Assembly: GCA_965223845.1 (NCBI GenBank)
Contig: CBDCXR010000004.1
Location: 1,056,001 to 1,120,000, forward strand
Origin: Planctomycetota bacterium
Lineage (GTDB): Bacteria; Planctomycetota; UBA8108; SXIK01
Length of the DNA: 64,000 bases
Reading direction: 5' to 3'
The position numbers and the translations under genes were made by a program. The number at the start of each line of letters is the position of its first letter. The first letter of the stretch is position 1. This document shows, piece after piece, positions 56,806 to 64,000 of the stretch. The notes below the pieces were generated by a model. The model was not told the DNA's origin. It searched no databases and was given only the letters and a program-made list of their open reading frames with translations.

Positions 56806-59058
56806 GTGAAGGCGGATCCTCCGATCGCGGGCGCCGGCGTTCCGCGCTTGACGCGCACGCTCGGGCGACTTCGTGCGCTCCTCCGGCGGGCGTTTCTCGC
56901 CGACGGTGTCGCGTCCATCGGGATCCTCCTCGCGGTGGGGATCGCGACCTCGTTTGCGCTCGATTATTTTCTTCACCTCCCGCGCGGGGTGCGCGGGGTG
57001 CTGCTCTTCGCGTCGATTGCGATCGCGGGGGCGGCGGTCTGGCGGCGACTCTTGAAGCCGGGGACCCTCTCTCTCCCGGACGAGGATCTCGCCGTTCTTC
57101 TCGAGCGCGCGCATCCGGAGCTTGAAGGTCGTCTCCTCACCGCGGTCGAGTTGTCGCAGCCCGGTCGCGAAACCGCGGCCCACGTCTCCCCCGTGCTGAT
57201 TCACCGAGTCGTCGAGGAGGCCGAGTCTCGCGTCGGTTCGCTTCAGCTCGGACGAGTCTTCGACCTCCGGCGACTTCGAGCGAAGGGGATCGTTGCCGCC
57301 GTCGGAGTGGTCGCTCTGATCACGTTCTTCGCGGCCAACGCGTCGCTCGCTTCGACGTGGCTCTCTCGAAACGTCCTCCTCTCGAGCTCGCTCTGGCCGC
57401 GGCGGGTCGAGCTGGCGTTCGAGCCCGCTCTCTCCTCCCCGGTCGTCGTCGCCGTCGGCGATGATCTTCAGGTCGCCGTGCGCGTCCTCAAGGGCTCGCC
57501 GGAAATGCTCGTCTCTCGCGCCCTTTCCGGGTCGGGAATGGAGCGCGTCGACAGCCTGACAGAGTCGACGAGCGGGATCTACCGGAAGACGTTTACGAAC
57601 GTCGCTCAACCGTTTTCCTTCAGCGTCGAAGGCGGGGATCACCGCATCGGTCCGGTCGCCGTCGAGGTGCGCGTTCGCCCGCGCATCGACATGCAGTCCG
57701 TTCGGCTCTGGTGCGAGTATCCGGACTATCTCGGAATCGCTTCGACCCCGCTCGAGGAGCCGATCCGCTTCGGAAACCTCAAGGTTCCGGTCGCGACTCG
57801 CGTTCGCTTCGAGATGGCGACGAACGTGCCGGTGGCAGCGGCGTACCTCGTCCTCGATCTTCGTTCAGAAGGCGACACGGGCGCGGCGGCCGAGGGCGAT
57901 GACCGGCGCTCGCCATCGGAGTCGGAGTGGCCGAGCGCGGGGGCGATACCCGTCGACGTGCGCGACGAACGCAATCTCGCCGGAGAATTCACCGTCACGG
58001 GAAGCGGCCATTACTACCTTCAGCTCGAAACCGCCGAGCGCTTCCGAAACGCCCGCCCGGGCCGGTTCCGCGTGCAGGCGATTCCCGATCGAGCCCCTCT
58101 CGTCAAGGTGATCCGGCCCGAGCGACTCACGGAGGAGGTCACGCCCGTCGCGACGCTCTCGATCCGTGTCGATGCTACAGACGACTACGGCGTTCGGGCG
58201 GCGGCGGTCGAAGGCAGCTACTTCCCGCCGGAGAGCGACGAGGGCTCGCCGCGGACGCTCGCCGTTCCTCCCGTCGAAGGCTCGGAAGATCGAGCCGAAA
58301 ACGATGCGAGCGCGGGGCGGCGTTGGAGCGGGGCGCTCGCCGTCGACGTCCGGACCCTCGCGGATGAGACTCTCCCCCCGCCCGCGCCCGGAGCGCGGTT
58401 TCAGTTCTTCGTTACCGCGGTCGACCACGGCGAGAACAGCGGCGAGTCGCCGGTCTACTACGTTCGCGTCGTCGAGCCGGATGAGCTCATGCAGGCCCTC
58501 AACAATCGCTTGATGGTCGTTCGCGATCGACTCGAGGAGCTGCGGCGCCAGCAGATGTCCGCGCGCCGGGACCTGACGACGTTCCAGGACGAGGCGGCTC
58601 TCGCGGGCGGCGTGACGAGGAAAAGCGCCAAAAAGCTCGTTCGCTACGAACGGGACGCCGGGCGGATTCGACGCGGCCTCGACGCCGAAACGGAGTCGAT
58701 CGGACAGGTGCTCGAGCGGGCAATCGACAACCGCGTCGGCGACTCGAAGTGGCGAAACTGGGTCCGCGGGATTCAGAATGAGATGGCCGGGCTGTCCGCC
58801 CGCGACGCGGCGGCGATCGTCGAGCAACTCCAGTCGTTGAAGGCGCGGGTCGAGGCGGCCGACGCCGACGCGTCGAGCCTCCAGGCGATCACGGATCGCC
58901 AGCGGGCGATCGAGAACGCGCTCGATCTTCTCGTGATGCGTCTCACCGAGTTCAACGATCTGAACGCGCTCGTGCGCCAGCTCCGAGCGATTCAGCGACG
59001 TCAAACCGAGATCCGCGACCAGACGAAAGCCCTATACGACGAGGATCAGGAACGATGA
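56806..59058 (+). CDS. Membrane protein, DUF4175-like (3 TM + Ig-like + coiled coil)
   Basis: N-terminal TMs, LEGRLLTAVEL, PDRAPLV, DDYGV motif, C-terminal coiled coil. Confidence 0.7.
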   Translation: MKADPPIAGAGVPRLTRTLGRLRALLRRAFLADGVASIGILLAVGIATSFALDYFLHLPRGVRGVLLFASIAIAGAAVWRRLLKPGTLSLPDEDLAVLLERAHPELEGRLLTAVELSQPGRETAAHVSPVLIHRVVEEAESRVGSLQLGRVFDLRRLRAKGIVAAVGVVALITFFAANASLASTWLSRNVLLSSSLWPRRVELAFEPALSSPVVVAVGDDLQVAVRVLKGSPEMLVSRALSGSGMERVDSLTESTSGIYRKTFTNVAQPFSFSVEGGDHRIGPVAVEVRVRPRIDMQSVRLWCEYPDYLGIASTPLEEPIRFGNLKVPVATRVRFEMATNVPVAAAYLVLDLRSEGDTGAAAEGDDRRSPSESEWPSAGAIPVDVRDERNLAGEFTVTGSGHYYLQLETAERFRNARPGRFRVQAIPDRAPLVKVIRPERLTEEVTPVATLSIRVDATDDYGVRAAAVEGSYFPPESDEGSPRTLAVPPVEGSEDRAENDASAGRRWSGALAVDVRTLADETLPPPAPGARFQFFVTAVDHGENSGESPVYYVRVVEPDELMQALNNRLMVVRDRLEELRRQQMSARRDLTTFQDEAALAGGVTRKSAKKLVRYERDAGRIRRGLDAETESIGQVLERAIDNRVGDSKWRNWVRGIQNEMAGLSARDAAAIVEQLQSLKARVEAADADASSLQAITDRQRAIENALDLLVMRLTEFNDLNALVRQLRAIQRRQTEIRDQTKALYDEDQER

Positions 59059-62000
59059 TGCGTACGGCGCGCTTTCGCGCGAACGATTCCTTTCGCCGCT
59101 CGTGTCCCACGCCACCGCGTCTCGCTGCGGGCGGCTTCGTCGGCCTCGCGGTGTCCGCTTGCCTCCTCGCGGGCTCGGTCTTTGCGCAGGAGGACGCTCG
59201 CGCGGTCGATTCACGAAGTCGAGCGCTCGCGCAGGACCAGAAGAGCGTGCGGAGTCTCATCACCGATCTCCGGGCTCGCATGTCCACCCTAGCCGAGAGA
59301 GCAAAGCTAGGCGAGGCGAGTGGCGCGGCCGACGCGAACCGACTCGCGAGTGCGAGCGAGCTCCTCAGGAAGGAAGGAGTCGAGGATCTACTCCTCGAGG
59401 CGGAGACTCTCCTCCAGAATCGAGATCTGCTGCCCGCAGTGCTCCAGCAGGAGGACGCGCTCGAAAAACTGAATCGCGTCATCGAGTTTCTCGAGGCACG
59501 AGCGGTGGACGACCGCGATCTCGATCGGAAGCTCGAGGCGGTGCGCCAGACGCGTGAACGCGCGGCGCAACTCGCACGCCAGCAGTCGAAGCTGCTCGAA
59601 AAGACCCGCGAGCAGCTCGGTGATAGCTCGGCGAAGCAGCTTCTCGAGCAGCTCAAAGCGGGGCTCGAGCGGCTCTTCCGCCGGCAGCAGGAGCTCTCGT
59701 CCGGGAAGAGCTCGAGTGAGATCGATCCGGACGGCCAGCAAAACAGCCTCCAGTCGCTCAACCGGGCGCGCGACGCCGCGGCGAAGCTCGCCGAGGCGCA
59801 GAAGCGCTGGAATGAGCAGCTCCGCGAGCTTCCCCCCGAACCGAAAGAGCTCGGCGAAGCACGTACGCTTCTCGGGAAGCTGGACGCGGCGATCGAGAAG
59901 GCGGAAACGCTGCGCGAGCGCGCGCTCGGCGAGACCGCGCGGGAACGCACCGGGCAACCGTCGAGCCGAGATTCGAAGCCGCGCGCCGGCGAGGGAAACA
60001 CGAGCTCTACGCCGCGAACGGATGACGATGCCGCGTCTCGTGAAGAGGCCGCGAACGAGGGCCGAAAGACCGATGCGTCGTCGACGTCGTCCACCGAGAA
60101 CAGTGGCGCCGCGGACTCGTCCTCCGAAGCGAACGATCCCAGCGAGCGCGCGACGACGGATTCTGCGAGCGCGAACGACGAATCGGCGTCGGATGCTAAA
60201 TCGTCGGCGGAGTCGAACGAGGACGCAGCGAACGACGCCCGGAAAGATGCGGCTGACGGTGGGGGCGAGCGGTCGAACGCGAGCGAGCAAGACGAGAGCG
60301 GAGAGTCGGGCGGCATCGGCAAGCCCGAGGCGAATCCGCGCGAAGCTGCGCGCGCAGACGCGACGTCGAGCGAATCCGGCCAGGAGTCCGAAGCTGCCGC
60401 ATCGACCGATGATGAACGGGTCGACGACGCGGACGAAGCGTCGGCGGACGAGACGTCGAGCTCCACCCAGGCCGCGAGTGGAAAGTCCGCGACGGGAGCC
60501 TTCGAAAAGCGAGACGCTGAGGCGGGGAAGCCTGAAGCCGGAAACTCTGACGACGCGAGTCGTGACGGCGATTCGAGTGGTCGGTCTGAGGCGGCACAGA
60601 GCTCGCGCTCACCGTCCGGAGAGAACCGCGCGAATTCCTCGCCGCGGGGAGAATCGCGAACGGGGAAGCCGAGCGCCGAGCGGAGGGCTCCGGCGAGCGT
60701 CGAGGACGCCGCCCGCGAATTCGCCGAGGCGCTCGAGGACGTCGATGCGGAGGCGAAGGCTCAGGCTGAAGTGCTGACGCCCGAGGCGAAACGCCATCTG
60801 AACACCGCGAAGAGCGCGGGCCGCTCGTCCGAACGAGCCGCCGCGAGCGGAAACCGTCCACAGGTCGCTGACGACGCGAACCGGGCGCGCGAGGCACTCG
60901 AGTCGGCGCGGAGGGAGGTGGCGCAGCGCGTTGCGCAGCTCGAAGAGCGATCGGCGCTCGAGTCGGCCGGACTGACCCAGGAAGAGGGGATCCTCAGCCA
61001 GGAGGCCCAGCGGGCCGCGACCACCGCACAGCAGAGCGCGAACGAGGCCGGAAGTCGGAGCGCGCGCTCGGCCCTCGAGGAGGCCTCCTCGAGTCTCTCG
61101 AAAGCGGCGCAGCAGATGGAAGAGGCGGCGGAGGCCCTCGCGCGCGGCGATCGATCCCAGGCCGCGGAGGCCGGCGCGCGCGCGCAGGAAGAGCTCGAAC
61201 GGAACGCGCAGAATCTAGCGGGCGCGAGCGAGCGCGAAGCGGGACGCAGCGCGGCCGAGCGAGATCAAGAGTTTCAGCAGCAGCTAGCGGAAGACGCCGA
61301 GGAACTTCGCCGGAAGACGAAGGAAGGTCTCGAGCGGAAACTCCGGCGGAAGGAAGATCCCGGTCGCCTCGCGGACGCCGAGTCGAGTCTCGGCGCCGCG
61401 AAAGACGCGATGGAGAGCGCCGCCGACGCTCAGCGGCGCGGGGACGAGGGGCTCGCGAAAAAGAAGCAGGAGGAGGCGGTCGAGCATCTCGATCGCGCGC
61501 GCGAAGCCGTCGAGGACGCGGAGCGCGACGAGCTGCAGCGACTCGAGCGCCGCCGTCCGCGCGACGACGCGGACGCGCAGCAGGCGCTGGCGCGCGAGGC
61601 GCGGCAAGCGGCTTCGGCCGCGCGATCGAATCCCTCGGGCGGGGAGTCGAGCCCGTCGGGTGAGCAGAGTGAGCAGCTCGATCAAGCGGCCGAGCGAATG
61701 GAGGAGGCGAGCGAGCATCTGGACGAGGACGACGCCGAGAGCGCCGTCGAGGATCAGGAGAAGGCGCTCGAGAACCTAGAGGAAGTCGCCGAGGAGCTCC
61801 AGCGCGAGGAAGAGCGACTCGAGAGGCTTCGGCGCGAGCAGGAGATGGTGAACCTCATCGATTCTCTGCGGGAGTTGAAGACCGGCGAGGAGGAGATTCT
61901 CGCCGAGACGGTTCGCGTGGAAGAGAAGCAAAAAAAAGCCGGCCGGCGGCGTTCGGCCAGGCGCGAGATCCGTTCTCTGCTCGCAGATCTCGTAACGAAG

Positions 62001-62684
62001 CAGACGGAGCTCGCGACGAGCGCGAATTCCCTCCGCGAACGGCTCAAGCGCGAGAACGCGCACGTCTTCTCCTTCGTGCTCGAAAGCGTCGAGGCGGACA
62101 TGAAGCTCGTCGCGACCAATCTCGAGGAGCGCGACGCGGGTCAGTACACGCAGTTTCTCGAGCGAGAGATCGTCCGCGAGGTCGAGCGACTCATCGCGGC
62201 GCTCGAGCGCGAACTCGAGCGCGCGCGCGAGCAACAGGAGCAGCAGCCACAGAACAACTCGCAGCAACAGCAACAGTCGAGCGCATCGCAGGAGTCGCTC
62301 GTTTCGATGGTGGGTGAGCTCTTGATGCTGCAGGACCTCCAATCCGAGGTGAATCGAAAGACGCGAGATCTCGAAGACTTGCGGGAGGCCTCCGACGACG
62401 GTCCGACCGACGCTTGGCAGCGTGCTCTCCAGCGGCTCGCTCAGAAGCAAGGAAGCGTATCGCTGATGCTCGATGCGGTGGAGCGAGAGTTCGAGGAAGC
62501 GGCGGGGGAGGAGGAGGCAGACTCCGACGGGGCCGCTGGCGACGGGGACGACGCGGGCGAACCGTCCGAGAATGGTGAGGCCGACGCGCTCGAACCGGTG
62601 GGAGGGTTCCGAAAACCGCCGGAACGCGGCGCCGGTCGGGGCCGCACGCGGAACTCGTTTTCGCGCGTGAACACGATACGTTAG
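59055..62684 (+). CDS. Exported long coiled-coil protein with low-complexity insert (DUF4175-like)
   Basis: ATGA overlap; signal peptide ending VFA; Q/E/A/R heptads; ELLMLQDLQSEVNRKT...LAQKQ motif. Confidence 0.75.
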   Translation: MMRTARFRANDSFRRSCPTPPRLAAGGFVGLAVSACLLAGSVFAQEDARAVDSRSRALAQDQKSVRSLITDLRARMSTLAERAKLGEASGAADANRLASASELLRKEGVEDLLLEAETLLQNRDLLPAVLQQEDALEKLNRVIEFLEARAVDDRDLDRKLEAVRQTRERAAQLARQQSKLLEKTREQLGDSSAKQLLEQLKAGLERLFRRQQELSSGKSSSEIDPDGQQNSLQSLNRARDAAAKLAEAQKRWNEQLRELPPEPKELGEARTLLGKLDAAIEKAETLRERALGETARERTGQPSSRDSKPRAGEGNTSSTPRTDDDAASREEAANEGRKTDASSTSSTENSGAADSSSEANDPSERATTDSASANDESASDAKSSAESNEDAANDARKDAADGGGERSNASEQDESGESGGIGKPEANPREAARADATSSESGQESEAAASTDDERVDDADEASADETSSSTQAASGKSATGAFEKRDAEAGKPEAGNSDDASRDGDSSGRSEAAQSSRSPSGENRANSSPRGESRTGKPSAERRAPASVEDAAREFAEALEDVDAEAKAQAEVLTPEAKRHLNTAKSAGRSSERAAASGNRPQVADDANRAREALESARREVAQRVAQLEERSALESAGLTQEEGILSQEAQRAATTAQQSANEAGSRSARSALEEASSSLSKAAQQMEEAAEALARGDRSQAAEAGARAQEELERNAQNLAGASEREAGRSAAERDQEFQQQLAEDAEELRRKTKEGLERKLRRKEDPGRLADAESSLGAAKDAMESAADAQRRGDEGLAKKKQEEAVEHLDRAREAVEDAERDELQRLERRRPRDDADAQQALAREARQAASAARSNPSGGESSPSGEQSEQLDQAAERMEEASEHLDEDDAESAVEDQEKALENLEEVAEELQREEERLERLRREQEMVNLIDSLRELKTGEEEILAETVRVEEKQKKAGRRRSARREIRSLLADLVTKQTELATSANSLRERLKRENAHVFSFVLESVEADMKLVATNLEERDAGQYTQFLEREIVREVERLIAALERELERAREQQEQQPQNNSQQQQQSSASQESLVSMVGELLMLQDLQSEVNRKTRDLEDLREASDDGPTDAWQRALQRLAQKQGSVSLMLDAVEREFEEAAGEEEADSDGAAGDGDDAGEPSENGEADALEPVGGFRKPPERGAGRGRTRNSFSRVNTIR

Positions 62685-62805
62685 ACTTCATCTGAACGAC
62701 GGGGCTCGCGCATCGCCGCGTCGGCGGCGAGTTCCCGGGTTTCCGTCGGACAGATCGAGTTGGGCGGCGTCGCGGTAAGTCCGGGCAGAACTACTGGCTG
62801 GGAGA

Positions 62806-63978
62806 ATGGACGAAGATTCCGAGCGACCGAAGCCTCCGGATCCCCGCGGTGCAGCGGGAACCGGTAGGAACCACGTGCGGCGAGCCGGGGCGGTGGTCGC
62901 ACTGGCGTGCTGTTCGCTCGTCGTCCCCTGCGCACGCCCGCACCTCTACGCGCAGGCGACGGAGTCCTCGTCGACCGAAAGCGGCGTGCGCTCGGAGGTG
63001 ACCACCGAGCGCCGCTCCTCGGGTCGCGAGCGCGCGGAGCTGCAGTCGGCGCTCGATCGAGGAATCGCGTTCCTCATGTCTCGGCAGCAGACCGGTGCGG
63101 TCGGCGGGCAGTACAAGGTGGCGGTGACGAGTTTGAGCGGACTCGCGGTCCTCGGTGCGGGCTACCTGCCGCGACAGGAACCGTACGGAGAGTTCCTGCG
63201 CGCTTCGGTTGCCTACCTCGAGAGCGCGGCGCAGCCGTCGGGGTACATCACCGAAGCGGCGTCGGGCCGAGTGAACAGCCGCATGCACGGGCACTGCTAC
63301 GCGATCCTCTTTCTGACGCAGCTTCTCGGCAACCTCGACGCGGACGACGAGCGTCGCGTCCGCGGGTTGATCCGCCGGGGGATACGAGTGATCGAGGACG
63401 CGCAGAGCAGCCAGGGGGGCTGGTACTACGACGAAGTGAACCGGGAAGACCAGGACGAAGCCTCCGTCACGGTGTGCGCGCTCCAGGCGCTGCGGGCCGC
63501 GCGCGAGGTCGGTTTCGTCGTCGAGGGATTCAAGATCAAACAGGCGCTTGCGTATGTCCGACGCTGCCAGCGTCCCGACGGCGCTGTTGCGTACTCGCTC
63601 GCGGAGCCGGGCCGCACGTCTTACGCGCTCACCGTCGCTGCGCTCTCCACGCTAAACGCGGCTGGAGTCTACGAGTCGCCGGAGCTCCGCCGAGCGCTCG
63701 ACTACTCACGACGTGAGCTCTCGCGCACGCCGCGCGCACCGTGGCAGGCCGGCGGAGAAGAGTATCCGTACTACGCGAACTACTACGCCGCGCAGGCTTT
63801 CTACCAGGACGGCGGCGCGACGTGGGACGATTGGTGGCCGCTCGTGCGGCGCTCTCTTCTCGGACGGCAGCAGCCGAACGGGTCGTGGGAAGGCAGCTTG
63901 GGACCGGAGTACTCGACGGCGTTCTCGCTGCTGATTCTCGAGGTCGCGCTCGGCCATCTGCCCGTGTTCGAGCGATGA
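62806..63978 (+). CDS. Exported prenyltransferase/squalene-oxidase-repeat protein
   Basis: Paralogue of 55632-56804 (SRMHGHCYAILFL, QSSQGGWYY, EASVTVCALQAL, QQPNGSW); start uncertain. Confidence 0.85.
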   Translation: MDEDSERPKPPDPRGAAGTGRNHVRRAGAVVALACCSLVVPCARPHLYAQATESSSTESGVRSEVTTERRSSGRERAELQSALDRGIAFLMSRQQTGAVGGQYKVAVTSLSGLAVLGAGYLPRQEPYGEFLRASVAYLESAAQPSGYITEAASGRVNSRMHGHCYAILFLTQLLGNLDADDERRVRGLIRRGIRVIEDAQSSQGGWYYDEVNREDQDEASVTVCALQALRAAREVGFVVEGFKIKQALAYVRRCQRPDGAVAYSLAEPGRTSYALTVAALSTLNAAGVYESPELRRALDYSRRELSRTPRAPWQAGGEEYPYYANYYAAQAFYQDGGATWDDWWPLVRRSLLGRQQPNGSWEGSLGPEYSTAFSLLILEVALGHLPVFER

Positions 63979-64000
63979 GTTTCATTCTCTCCAGCTTCGT
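63975..64000 (+). CDS. Start of probable next operon gene (truncated by window edge)
   Basis: ATGA overlap with the previous stop; only 8 codons visible. Confidence 0.35.

Noticed and set aside
61930-61937. A8 homopolymer as a phase-variation site
   Set aside because: Short, encodes Gln-Lys-Lys in an intact frame; no supporting evidence.
62685-62805. GC-rich fold-back between operon genes as an ncRNA
   Set aside because: The imperfect pairing is expected at this GC content; no family features or second copy seen.
55632-63978. Squalene-hopene cyclase / terpene biosynthetic cluster
   Set aside because: Single exported barrels without the DxDD motif, and no isoprenoid pathway genes nearby.

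Overview
High-GC bacterial chromosomal window, probably Planctomycetota (inferred from the dockerin style, the MoxR/DUF58/BatA/prenyltransferase-repeat operon and the basic-tailed YidC). No rRNA, tRNA, CRISPR array, transposase or integrase was recognised. Layout: (1) 1-14.7 kb, six consecutive exported proteins that each end in a dockerin. Five are built from tandem cohesin-like modules plus a dockerin, and the sixth is a ~1945-aa lipoprotein scaffold; none has a recognisable catalytic domain. This is the best candidate for an undescribed system, a self-assembling cohesin-dockerin surface network. (2) 15-25 kb, housekeeping genes (metallophosphoesterase, yidC, mnmE, nrdR, smc). (3) 25-30 kb, a long pentapeptide-repeat protein, an apparently dead sigma54-activator AAA+ paralogue and an NtrC-like activator with a pseudo-receiver. 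(4) 30-39 kb, a GspC-like PDZ protein, nnrE, a TonB-like-anchored (alpha/alpha)6-barrel protein and a 1605-aa Gly-rich lipoprotein. (5) 39-45 kb, nusB-ftsY (apparently inverted relative to ribH), ribH, guaA and a eukaryote-type IMPDH. (6) 45.7-64 kb, a MoxR-DUF58-vWA envelope operon that runs off the window. Domain calls come from motif recognition by eye; no searches were run.
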